Source of the DNA: Klebsormidium nitens
Lineage: Eukaryota > Plantae > Klebsormidiophyceae
Assembly: GCA_000708835.1 (NCBI GenBank)
Contig: DF237152.1
Coordinates: 2,938-66,937, forward strand
Reading direction: 5' to 3'
Length of the DNA stretch: 64,000 bases
The notes under the pieces are model-generated. The model did no database searches and had not been told where the DNA came from. It saw only the letters and a program-made list of their open reading frames with translations. Of this stretch, positions 1 through 15,806 are shown in pieces; position 1 is the first letter of the stretch; every line of letters starts with the position of its first letter. The translations under genes were made by a program, and so were the position numbers.

Positions 1-1
1 C

Positions 2-199
2 GTTTTAAAACATGAGTTGCCACCTCGTGGCATAGCGCATGAAACAATCGGAACAGCGATGGCTTTCTTGAAGTCACAGGGAGTGCGCTATCTCCATGTG
101 ACCGGAGAAACCCATGATACCACGCCACTTCAGCTTTTGAGATGGGCTTATTTGCTAAGGTCCGCCAGCCGTGCGCCAGCCAGCCTCAGGTCGCTGTAG
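2..199 (+). CDS. Possible 3' end of an upstream gene (partial), weakly GNAT-like
   Basis: Frame is open from base 2 to the stop at 199 (VLKHELPPRGIAHETIGTAMAFLKSQGVRYLHV...). RGIA..I..A..FL...G...L loosely resembles GNAT motif A. No other support. Confidence 0.2.
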   Translation, partial: VLKHELPPRGIAHETIGTAMAFLKSQGVRYLHVTGETHDTTPLQLLRWAYLLRSASRAPASLRSL

Positions 200-1506
200 A
201 CACTTCTTCCAGGTCTGACTCGGCTCGATAGCTTCAGCCTATCCTAGAGGTTCTCAGCCATGCACTGGAAAAGCTCCTCATTTGGGTTGGTGATAGGCTA
301 TAGGTAAGGGGTAGATAGTGTAGATCGGGGTGTAGATAGATGGGTTTTTTGGGGTTTTTGGTCGCTGTCCTCTTGCTTCAGGGGTGCTTGGGACACGTTC
401 TGCTGCAAGTGACCATCGGGGCAAGCAGGGGGTTCAATTCAATATGTCAATGCAATCCCCTCTACTTCTTGTACTTCACTCCCTCTGGCCTCACTCGCCC
501 AAACGCCGGCGAGAATTGGCAACGTACCCCTGCATATGGCCCCTGGCGAACTTACATAGCTATAAATACCCATGTAAATCAAATCTAATTATCGACCACT
601 CCCAATTCTTTATATATGCCAAAATCTTTGAGTGGCGCGCATGTGGCTCAAGGGGTCAAGACACCTCACAATTGACATGGGCAAGGTCAGCGGTCCCGAA
701 CCTATTGCAAAAAGTCGCCGTTGACTCGATTTGGATAGGTCTCATGGCCAGGTTTGACCATTCGATCTACGATCGAACACCAAACGTGACCGGACATGGT
801 CCTCAGGCAAGCGGTTGAATTATGCCACACTTCTACCTCTGAAAAAGAACTAGAAGCGGATCACCGGATTTGCAATTTATTCCTCATATAACTTGGTTAA
901 GAATCTACAGTTAGGTCGTTGCGCCGAGCACTCCATATATGTATTCCTGTAGATCCTTTTGAGTATTGAACTTCGCAGGGGTCGATCGCCCATTGGACAC
1001 AATGGCAAAATGATCAGCAGAGCGCAACTGCCGCACCCTCGATTGAGAACTTGCTACTTCGCAAAGTGATCAGACGGGAAAACAGTGTCGACACTAGTTT
1101 TACTGCGTGTGCAGCGCCGGTAAAAGGTGCCAAACTTCGCGAGCTAGAGAAGCGAGTCATGAAGTAGCAACAGAGAACTCTGAAAAACTGATGTTGCCCT
1201 GCTGACCTTCGCCCCTGTGTAACTGTTCCGACGCTCTGTCGCCATCCGTACGAGATTGATTAGAGTTGTAGAACCTTGAAGGAGCTGCCCGAATCGACCT
1301 CTAGAACCAAGACGCTTGCCTGCTTCTTACATGGCCGTATGTCCCTCTTGCTCGCCTATCCGACTAGTCGAGATTGCTCCAGAACAGCTACACGACGAGC
1401 TTGACGATACACAGCTGACTCTTTGACAATTCTTGACAGCCAAAGAGTTCTGCGATTGTCCAGGAAGCGCTTCGATGCAGTGTCAACAACCCAGCCAGTC
1501 GCAGAT

Positions 1507-4401
1507 TTATGTGCCCGTTGCGTCATCCCTTATTTCGCCTAAGAAGTCGTCCTTAATCGTTCCAATGGCGCTCTGCGAAACGATGAGAAAGCTTCAGCGA
1601 AGGGACTTGAGCGTAAAGGAAGTCTCTGGAGGGCCAAGCTTTAGCCGAACATGTATAAGCTTGCACTTGCCGTTGTAGGAATGCAGTCGTCCTCGTTCAC
1701 CCGGTAGACGCTCGGTTTGCGTCTCGAAAGGTAAGTATCTGATCGGATTTGAGCCTCCAATTTCTGGTCACGCAGACATTCTTGCCCCCGCTTGGCATTT
1801 ACGGAAAACCGGAGAGAGATACGAATCGCATTCGATTTGCGGCTCAGACAAGGTCTCGAGCACGGAGCGTGCTTCACTTACAATGTTCGTCGCATCTATT
1901 CGCATGCCCACTATTTTCAGCCGCACTTCCGTCTCTTTCTGTATCCGCCACTGCAAGAGGGTTGCATTGCTGGTCAGTCAACTCCGAGATATGTTCGAAA
2001 AGTTCCAAAAAGCAGATTTGCGACCGACTTTGCGGCAATGTTTTCGGTGGATATCAAGATACGTGCAGCACAAATACTCGAGGGCGATCAATAATTGATT
2101 GAAAAGGGACTCGGTGCCCGCATGATAGAACAGCATAATATCTTGACGGCTATGCTCATACACGGAAAGAACCATTCCGGTTTGCCTTCAGCTTGACGCA
2201 GACAGTCGGATTGAAAGCTAAGAAACGTTGAGAGCAGAAGCCATTTTCAAGAAGGCGGCGGCGGCGGCGCACTATTGAAACTGCAACTCTTCTTCATGTA
2301 ATTTTGACAGGCCAAGCGAAAGGTTGTTACGTGTATACACCAGTCAACTAGCATGGCCTTCAAACTGAGGTCTTTCCTGATAGGCAGCGTACTTACTTCG
2401 CCAGTGTCTGACTTGAAGCACGGCTCTTGTGTGGAGTCGAAGGTGAGGTCGTCAGGTATCAACTGTCACAGAAGAGTCCGACAATGACTTGCTTTATCTC
2501 GTCCCTTCAGCTTTTCCCGTTCTTCTTAGATCTTTGGTGATATCAGAGAGACCAAAGTCTGGGGCCACGCAGCAGACCGCAAACCACCGCTGATTGCAAC
2601 CAAGCATGCCACCTCTGACGACTTTCTTTCAATGATTCCTCATTTCCCCCCAAAAGTTGAGGTCAGGTTTATGGGAGTGAGTGTCTCAAGTACCTTTCAA
2701 CTTTCAGCCCCCACTAAAGTGATCCCCCTGACCCCAATCTGTGTGTTCTCAAAATGATGGTGAATCTTACACACAGTATCCTCGTTGGGCTTACATGATT
2801 TGATACGAAGACCTGCAGTGGACCAGCTTCCGCAAAGAACCCCATCTGCAGGCAAGTGGGGACAACGTGTAAGTACGCGTAGAGATCTTCTAGAAGCCCG
2901 AATGTGTGAATTACTGTGCGAAATTCCCAGAATCCACTTTCTGCAGTCATGTTAAGCAACAAATTGAACGCTTCAGGGGGTTGGCTCAGAGGATCATGAC
3001 CGTAGTGTGGCTCTTGGTCGACAAGGAGTAAACGGGAGGCAATGGTAGGAGTTTCACAGGCCGAGGTGCCTTGTCAGCGCCTGCCAAGAAAGAGCAGTCT
3101 CTCACATTCAGGCCTCGCTGATTGCTACGTCTCTATCACAGATTGTCTGAGTCTGGAAGTGTTTCTCAGGGCCCAATGACTACCCAACATTGAACCACAG
3201 GTACTCTTCAGGATCACTTGAACATGACATGCAAAACAGCGTTAAGTTAAAGAAGATCACAAAACACAAGGAGGGAGAACGTGGACTCCCGAGCCGATGT
3301 TGCAAACCCCTGCTAGCTATTGCCTTCTAGGATCGATGGTCTAGGTTGATCAGGTCTACCAGGTTTGACCGTCGATCGAAGGGGTTATAGCCGAAGGGGG
3401 TACCTAGGGAGTCCGCCGGGAGTCCCTGTTCTCCTTCCATCCGTTCTGACAGCATTCTCCACCTAACCAAGACCCGATTTTGGGACAGCTTGGAAGGCAA
3501 GTTGCTGAAGTTTCCAGGAGTCTTGCTCCTTTGCCAACCTTGGGCGACAAGAACGGCTGTCCGGTAAAACACTCTTGGTACAGAAGATGGGGAGTATACA
3601 AAAGGCCTCTTCTGAAAACAACGCAAGCTTTGTGCTTAACAATCATCATCTTGCAGAGCTAAACACTATTCATCTCCAATCAGATCACAGGTGCCTTCAG
3701 TCCAGGAGATTCTAGAGGGGGGCCACTGCAGCTCTGGCAATCACAAGCTCAGAGAAGATATTGGCAGAGCCGGCAACTTTTGGGCCACACAACCCCCTTC
3801 AGGTCCGCTTACTTTCAATAGAGCCACAGTGTGCAAGTTTGGCCGTCAAAGCATAGGACAATGTTGATGTGCAAGGAGGGGAAAATCAGCAGTTTCCTCT
3901 TCACCCCTCAGAACAACAAAATGCTCATCGTCCATCAAACGAAGGTCCGCAGGGAGCAATATCAGAAACAGACCATCTTTTGAAACAGACCATCTTTTGC
4001 AGAAGAAAGTCACACCGCCACCTCCAGAATTGCAAGCAACAATGCAGATTAAGCGGATTAAGCGGAGCAGTGTAGCAACTTTCTCAACGCATTCCAACAA
4101 ACACAGCGAGTGCGCACACCTTGAAGACCTGCGTCACCACGCACTCCAGCACCTCCCCCTTGAACGGCCGGAACACCAGCGCGTTGTACGACACCGGAAA
4201 CTTCACCATACCGGTCCCCGACGTGATCTCCCCTGATCCCTTGGGATCCACATTGGTGACCGCCACGATGAATCCATTCTTCCCATCGCATCGACCTTCG
4301 ACATCCTGCAACAGCTGATGAGTCAGCGTGTCGCGCAGCTTGGGGCCGAAGAAGCGCGGGTGCAGGAGCATTGTGCGCTCCAGGACTATGTGGAAGAACA
4401 T
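1507..4401 (-). CDS. NRPB7: RNA polymerase II subunit RPB7, 177 aa, 5 exons
   Basis: Exons 4401-4120, 2845-2795, 2462-2397, 1950-1882, 1572-1507, all GT-AG and in frame. Protein MFFHIVLERTMLLHPRFFG...VFRPFKGEVLE...MGFFAEAGPLQVFVSNH...IQKETEVRLKIVGMRIDAT...IGTIKDDFLG matches plant RPB7 along its whole length. Confidence 0.97.
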
Positions 4402-4649
4402 GGTGGCCCCTTCCAAACGAGCGCCCTGCTGCCACTTCAGGAACAAGCTTGATGTACTGTATTAGTAAATGATTGGCCACGCCCCAATCACACTGGAGCC
4501 TTGATTTCTAAACGCCCCATGCAATGCGCAGCGGATTGACGGAAAAGCGTCGAACAAGCGCCCCTTGCCATTGGAAGACTTTATATCCAACTTCTCGCAA
4601 GCTAGGTTGGTAGGGGGTTGGTAGCAGAAATTCTTATAGCCGGCCTCCA

Positions 4650-4713
4650 AAACCCTAAACGCAAACCCTATTGGTGCAAGCTGCTGCTTTCCTCTGCTCT
4701 TGCAAACCCTAAA
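4650..4713 (+). promoter_or_regulatory. Three telo-boxes (AAACCCTA) in the divergent NRPB7 / CinA-like promoter
   Basis: AAACCCTA at 4650, 4663 and 4704, about 250-310 bp upstream of the NRPB7 ATG. Telo-boxes are known promoter elements of plant housekeeping genes. Confidence 0.6.
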
Positions 4714-5597
4714 CTTTCTGGGTGGCGCAAAGTAAAAACTGAAGCCTCTCTTCACTGAAGCCTGAAGGGCCCTGGGCCATGGCCATCTTCTACTCTGAGT
4801 TCCTATTGTTCAAGAGCCTGTGATCTGCAACTTGCAGGACCCCTCCACGTTTAGGGAGCAGCATCTTGAAAGCGTCTGTGCATGGCGTCTCGCTCGATGG
4901 TTGGGCTCATGCAGAGCTCCAACCTGCTTAAGCTACTTTGGAGGCCAGGTGAGCTTGCCCAACGCCTTGATACCGAGATCAAGTTGGAGGTCAGCATCCA
5001 ATAAAGCAGTTCTGATCAATCTGATTGACCTCCATTTTAGTCCAATCGTCGAGACACAACAAGGTGGTCATCGGCAGCATTGCGGTCCCCTGATGTACGC
5101 CAGTCAATTGTTGCATCAAGGACATTGCAAGTTTGTAACCACTATGCAATTCAAGATGCGTCCTGAAACACCTCAGCCTATTGTAAGATTACGTACTCGC
5201 TAGTAGTTTTATCTTCCCTTCAGAAAATGCGTGTGCACTGTTTTCCTCGTGTCACTCCTCTTGTACCACCACTTGTGAAGGTCCATCAAGCATCAACAGG
5301 GTGATTGCAGCCCGCACCACCCTTGCATCGTAATAGTATCTTATGTTTCATCCCACCCCAGCCTTTGACCTTGACGACACCACTTCTCATGTCGAAACCT
5401 GTGCTCATGTCGATCACGGACGGTGCCTTGGTACACTTTACATTCAAAGGCACCACCGGAACCACCAAACTTACAATACTGCCTGCTTGACATCAAAAGC
5501 AAGGGCCACATCTGCATGTGAAATATTGATTGTCGAAATCATCCAGCAAAGGATGAATGATCCGAGTTGAAAGTCCTGGCGATGCTTTCCTGCAGGT

Positions 5598-8500
5598 ATG
5601 GCTGCTCTTCAACAGGGGTCCTGCCTACCGTCGCTCCATTCCTTCAGTAGTGTCACAAGTTTGCGGACTTGCACCGCTCTCAACTCCCCCAGTCAAAGCT
5701 TCTTTCCACTCCAACCTTCCCTTACGACAAGCGCAACTCATTTACCCCATCATAGAGTAGCTCGCAGCCAGCCAGAGTCAGGATCAGTAGTCGCCTCATG
5801 TCAACCTTTGAGACTTCAAAGAAGTTTTGGTATCGCAGCATTGGGGCGGGCTTCTGTGACGTCCATGAGTGGCATGGGGGAAAGCTTGAGCCATGACACT
5901 CCTGGACAACCTGAGAATCCTCGTGCGGCGCTCCTGATCATAGGCAATGAGATCTTGACGGGGAAGATCCAGGACACAAACACAGCAACATTAGGTAGGG
6001 CAGCCGTTTAATGCTCCCATCTTTGCATGCCCTTTTCCCCCATTTCACACTCTTGTTGGGTTTGCTTCGTCTGCCTCAGACGTCCTTACGCATGCGTTTC
6101 CTGTTTCAAGCATGCCCTGGCTCAAAACGCAAAGTGAGAACATACTTCTTTTGACATAAAAGTTGTAAGAACGTCTGGCATCTTTCAGTCTACATCATCA
6201 GCCTTCTGCAGTCTGTTGCCCCCGGCTTCACACTATTGAGCCGTAGCTGGTGTTCCCCTGATCTTTGTCTCTCCAACTGGTCAGCCGATTGGCAGCATTT
6301 CATACGATCCACCAGGAACTCTTAAGTGAAAGAGACTTGGTGTTTCCCAGCTCTAATGTACCAGCTTTTGAGGTCGTCGACAGCGTTCTAGCGCGATCAC
6401 CTGTCCACATTTGTCAAGAATCAAAGACTACGTGGCTGATATCCTGGCCTGCAGAAAGTTTGAGGATACATATGTTCGATGCTTTGTGTTTAAAGGAGTC
6501 GGTCCAAAAGTCCCCTTCTTTTCGCTATGCTTTCTGCACGAAAACGCGACTTCCGAAATACTTCAAAAGACTTACTCTCTCAAAAGGCGTCAATGTAACA
6601 TCAAGGTCCGGATCCACCTTTGTCTTGTATGCACCACAACTTGAAGTGGGTCGTTGCAATACTCGGGGGTGGTTGCTGATTACATCTCTTCTTCCCAGCC
6701 AAGCTTCTCTTTAGCCGCGGCGTTGACCTTGTGCGAGTCGAAGTAGTCCCTGACATTGAAGAGGACATCGTCGAGTCGATCCACGGACTGTGGAAGCGTG
6801 TCGGAGGCCAGGACCGGGGCTTTATCTTTACCAGGTAAGGGGCCAGCGATGCTACACGACAAAAGGACGCTTTCAGTTACATGAACGCTGACCTTAAGGC
6901 AAGCTGCACTTTTGTAACAGCTGATGTCATTCATCCACACATGAAAGTTCGGGAGTCCGAGCTTCACTTTTGGAGTTGATATGACGTTGTAAATGTGCTT
7001 AGAGAGAACGACGAAATTGCGAGTTAGAATGGAAGAGAAAGTCACAATAGGAGCTCCCGCAAGAAACAGGACCCCACTTCCTGGTGATTGCAGTCGGCGA
7101 CTGGCAATTATCGAGTCTGTTTTTTGCTCGACCTGTCTTCGGATCATCAGGACAGTCCATAGACGTTGCGCATGCTGTTCATCCTGGCGCCTCTGCACCG
7201 AGAGTACGGAAGGACGAATGTCGGAGGAGACTACTCCAGCAGGTCTGACCTGGTTCTACAGGGCCTGAAAGCTGGCCTCGCAAATCGACACGGACTGAGT
7301 CGGGTTGAAAGTCCTGACGACCGTCAAAGCGAGGTCTGTACCGCATCAGCCCTTTCAACCAAATTGATCCTCTCTTCTCTTGGCAGCGGCGGCATCGGGC
7401 CGACGCACGATGACGTCACCTATGCGGCAGTTGCGAAGGCGTGCAGTACGGACTTGTCTCTTCACCAGGCCACAGTCGAGGTGGGTTGTTTCGACCGGGT
7501 ACCTCTAGTCAACTTCCTGGCACAAAGTGAGGCTTTTACTGACGGCAGGACACACTGTACTTACCATAGGGAGCTTGGTCGCACAAAAGTGATTTCAATA
7601 AGAAACGCAGACGGAATGTTCCTACATGCGGTCTAATGACAAGCGAAACTTGGGCCCATTGGTTCCGACAGTCGACACTTTGCAGTAATTTCCGCTCAGG
7701 CGTCAATGTCGTCACCGTCGTGGTGGGGCCCAGTTGGACCATCTGATTTCGTGGTCCTGTAGATATCCCACTTTTTATGCGATCTGCTGGTTCTGCCGTA
7801 TTTCGTTCCGCGGAGTTTCAGATGAAAGCGTGCTAAACTGATTCGACAGCTCCTGCCTTTCCCGAGTTCCTTCTGGGCAAATTCTGGCCTTGCAAAGCTC
7901 CACACAATCTTTGAGAAACGCCGTCGCTCTACGAGCCAAAAAGCTTGTAGAACACTCGAAAGAAAGCTCGGGCGATCGGCAGAAGACTTTGCTGATGAAT
8001 GCCATTCTGTTTGAACAAACGGCAGAAAGTCGCTCCTTCGCAGCTGCTGGGGCCGTCTGCCTGGTGTATTGCATCAAGTCAGCAAGTCAGCCGCGAGGGT
8101 TGTAACTTCATCGTACCCTAATGGTTTCCCTTCCCACTGCAGAAAATGCGCACACACTACGAAGCGCTAGGAAAGGTGCTCAACGAGGCGCGGCTACGGA
8201 TGGCCACGCTACCAACGGGTCAGAGAAACGCGCTTTCTTCCGCTTGCTCTTTCGAAACTTTGGCTGCGCGCTTGTTTCATGTCTTGACCGCCTGAACGTC
8301 CGGTTGCCACCCCCCGCTTACTGAGTGTCCTGAAGAAAATTTGTTTGACATTATATGGCTCAGTCGGTGTGGAAGCTTGATTTCGTGCGGGCTGTCAGCC
8401 TACTTTGCACGTTCAGCATTCCCGATTTCAGCTGCGGATTGCCATTTGTCTTACCTAGGAAGGGAAACGTATGTGTATGCTACCTGTCTTCACATTAAAT

Positions 8501-10765
8501 GGAGAGAGCTCTGAGCGGCGCACAACTAAAGGTTGTGAAGTCACCAAAAGGTCATTAAGTCACCACTAAAAGTTATGAAGTCACGATGAAGAATCATGAC
8601 GTCACCATTCGAAGTGGCGGCCGCCGTCATCATTTACCGCCTCCGGCTGTGCGTCGATCTTTTCGACGCTTACATTATGCAGAGTTTTTGAGACACAGTC
8701 TCGTGCTTGGACAAAGAAGTCGTAAATCCTCCTTGATAGTCGCTTCTGGACCAAGCAAAGCGACTCTCTCAATCTGCGACTCTCGTCAAATTGCTCCTCA
8801 TGTTCCTTCTCAGGTTGCGAGGTGCTGTATACCCCCGGACGCTGGGTGCCCCTGGCGGTGGTGAAGAACGTGTACGTCCTCCCGGGCATCCCGCGACTGT
8901 TCAACGCCATGATTGATGCCGCCAAGGAGGTACGCACCGCTCACATCAAGATTCTGTGCGGACTTCTTTCCTCCTCGCTGGCTGTTGGGACGTGAGTTTG
9001 CTTCAACCAGAAAGGCTGGACATGGTATCACCCGAGCGTGGCAGCTTGAAATCAGGTAATCAACCGGGTTCTAGGTCCTTTCAGACGTTGGCAGCGGCTT
9101 ATTCTGTGCGGGCGCGATGAAGCTCAAAGCGAACCAGCATTCATGGGTCGGCGCGACAACTTCGGGCGGCTCAAGCAAGTAAAAGTTGCGTGTTACTTGC
9201 CAACCAAGTATGGAGTACATCTTCGCTTCGAAGCCCTTCTAGCCGCCTTAAAGGTTTTGCTTTTGGCTCTGTTCTCTCGTAGTTCTGTCTCCAGTTCTTT
9301 TCCGAAGGAACTCTTGAGTTGCGCACGTCAACACCTGCTCTGTACTCCATCGTTTCAGCCGGTTGCTGAGCATGCCTTTGCCCCCAGTGAGAAGGCAAGG
9401 AAGGGAACTACTGATCTTAACATCTCGTTGCTGCGCAGCGGTTTACGGGGGCGCTCTACAGCCGACGGAATCTGTTCACCAAGCAGGTGAGACGTGGCGC
9501 GCGTCCACATCATCCCTCTCCAACCTGGTTAGTAAGAGTCCTTCCTTGCATCCAGATCAACTCGGATGCGTTACTCCTAGGCTTCCGGCAGCCCCCGGCT
9601 CAGTTGTTTGTTCAGTCGTTTGCCTTTTCCCCCAAGGGCCAATCATCTCATCAAACCATGTACCCCCCGTTACAACACAGTCCCTTTTACTCCTCCGGCA
9701 ATCACCACATTTTTACCCCCCGTTAAAGGCACTCTCCTTTCGCCCCCCCCCAGGGCGAAGGCGACCTGGCGGAGGCACTCTCCCAGGTGGCCAAGGACTT
9801 CCCCGGGGTTGCGATCGGGAGCTACCCGGCCACGGAACCGTCCGCTCCGTACACGACCAAGTGAGTGCAGTTGTCGGAACTGAGTCCGCAGTTGCGCAAG
9901 CGAATGCTGATTGGCTTTGCTCGCTCTACGATTTCAAAAAAAACTGCCGACAAGGTACACGGGTTCAACTGCTCAGGCGCAGTTTTGGCTTTGGTGCGGC
10001 AGATTGGGTCATGTCTCGGACGCTTTGGTCTGTACTTTGAAGTTTTTCCAATGGAGCTCGTCGGGCGGAAACGACACTGATCAATCCCAATGACACGGCG
10101 CTCTGACCCTTACTCCGTTTCGTAGCTTCTTACGCTGCTTTCTTTCACCTTTTCGAGAGTGCGAACCAAAGTCAAATGGAGCCTCCTCTTTATCCTGCGA
10201 CTGGTTTGATCTGATGCTAAGGCGGACGTGAAAATTCAGCCTAGACTGAAGCACTTTCACTCTAGGGCCGCGTGTGCCCCTCTTCATCCCCGTTCTGTCG
10301 GTCGAAGCGTACTCATTCTTCACTTCCACTTCAATCCGTACGAAATCATCAGTTTGAGCAGTTTCTTGAAAGTGACGCTCCTTCGGAGGCTCAGCAGGTC
10401 TACCTGCATCCTTTTCACCTTTTCATTGTTTTCACGCTATTTCCAGCTCAGTCCCTTTTCAATGCTTCCATTTATTTCCCTCTTAATCCAATGCTTTTCC
10501 TTTTTTCTTCCGTTTAGAGGCATTACTACCGGGCCCTTGTTCGTCCCGCACAAACATTTGTTCTCTCCCCATGACTCAAGCCCCGAATGCATGCCCTTTG
10601 AAGACACAACTAATAACAGGCACTTTATCAATCGGGCATATCCTTCTTGTGGGCAGGTTGAGCTTTGAGAGCCGAGACGAAAGCCTTGTCGCAGCGGCAG
10701 TCTCGGCAGCTGAGGCGCATATAGCTTTCTTGAGCGACGATATAGTTGAATCCTCACGGTCCTGA
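5598..10765 (+). CDS. Stand-alone CinA-like / molybdopterin-binding (MoCF_biosynth) domain protein, FAD diphosphatase-like, with Ser-rich N-terminal extension; 360 aa, 8 exons
   Basis: Exons 5598-5994, 6699-6834, 7387-7480, 8143-8218, 8814-8929, 9439-9486, 9754-9860, 10657-10765 join in frame. Motifs AALLIIGNEILTGKIQDTN, SGGIGPTHDDVT, ARLRMATLP, NVYVLPGIP, EGDLA and IGSYP are typical of the CinA N-terminal / FLAD1 molybdopterin-binding domain. Confidence 0.88.
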
Positions 10766-11622
10766 AGGTCCACAACATTTTGATTTCAGGACTTAAGGTG
10801 CAGTCAGCGGGTTGTATAGATTGTCGGAAGGTAGATGTGCATTGTGTTCACATGACAAAATTCGGCACAACTTGTCACCGTGAACGTATCCAAACATCAG
10901 AAACGTACAAAGCACACCATTAGTAGAAGCACGCGCATGAAATCCGTCCTGCAAGAAACTACTGCTTGGATGCCGCCGTCACAGACCTGAGCAATCAATT
11001 GGTAATTCTGCTAGGGGCATCCTCATTGAATTCGAGATCGGCCTGCGAAGAATGAGATTGAATCGAGATCGACGTACCGCGGGCGCACTGCCGGACCTAG
11101 CGAGACAAAAAGCAATTGGATACTTGAAAAAGGACGGTCATTTTCTACGGCACGGTAGCAATGCCATGAGTATGTGCTAAACGAGCTGACCTGAGCTTTC
11201 AGTGTTGCGTGTGTGTTTGTCACTAGCTCTCGGTTCCTAGTGCTGGCGAAACATATGGGGTGACGAAATTGCTCGCATCTCTGCATTACGAGTTAATGAT
11301 GTGATCGGATCATTCCAAATTGCATGTGGATCCAATCAACTTGTCCGGGGCCGGATTTTTGTTGGCCTAGCAGAACATTGGGTCGCGCCCATAGCGCTTA
11401 GCTGCGGGGCATTAGCACCGCATAGACCTGCATGGCCCCGCCGCTCGGTGGCCTGCATAGCTTTCAACTCTAGCTACAACTTTAACATGATAAGTGGGTG
11501 CATGGTTCCTGGCCTGCCACTTACTAAAGTAGGTGTAGCTAGGCCGGGCTCGTGCAGGGCTCCAACTTCGGCCCGGGCGGCCTAGCTATCATGCGGTTCG
11601 CGCGCGATCGGATCGCTAACTT

Positions 11623-11796
11623 TGGCAACGTTCGCTTGAACTAACAGGCGCGTGAACTAAGATACGCGCCCGGGAGACGGGTGGGGTTGGTTTGGTGGTT
11701 AGGGTGGGTTCGGGTGCGGAGCGCGTCATCTTTTTGGGTTAGGGTTTAGTTTGAGTTCCCCGGTGACTCGAATCTTAGTTCAAGCGAACGTTGCCA
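11623..11796. mobile_element. MITE-like 174 bp element with perfect 22 bp inverted repeats
   Basis: TGGCAACGTTCGCTTGAACTAA (11623-11644) is the exact reverse complement of 11775-11796. The interior is G/T-rich. No clear target-site duplication. Confidence 0.55.
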
Positions 11797-12139
11797 GTAT
11801 GCGCGACGTACTACTAGGTACTAGCTCGCGAAGACCCAAAGTATGAACCGTCGATTTGCACTGTTGGTCCGCACGGCGCAGTCTTGAAGTAATAGTCGCC
11901 GTAACTCAGCACCCTACTTCCGAGCCGTCGATTGAATTGCGGTATGAAAATCTGACAGTATACGATGCAAACCGTCCAAACTTGCGCGCGGGGGCGCTTT
12001 AAATCAATCTGAGCCGTCCGATCAGACGCTTGACAGTTGCGGAAATCTGTCGGGGCAAAGATCTCCAAATTACCTACAGCACAAACCGCGCAATCCTTTT
12101 CGACCCGCGCAAGCAACAGGTTGGGGAGAAATAAGGTAG

Positions 12140-15806
<3,667 letters not shown>

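Noticed and set aside
2714-2962. Kinase-like CLQMGFFAEAGPL and nearby DFGLS (2530-2560, minus strand)
   Set aside because: MGFFAEAGPLQVFVSNH is NRPB7 exon 2. DFGLS is an isolated intronic 5-mer followed by a stop, with no other kinase subdomains.
3450-3720. LRR-like fragments (DSLEGKL, TLFISNQITGAF) in NRPB7 intron 1
   Set aside because: Short, interrupted by stops, and without repeat periodicity; cannot be separated from chance.
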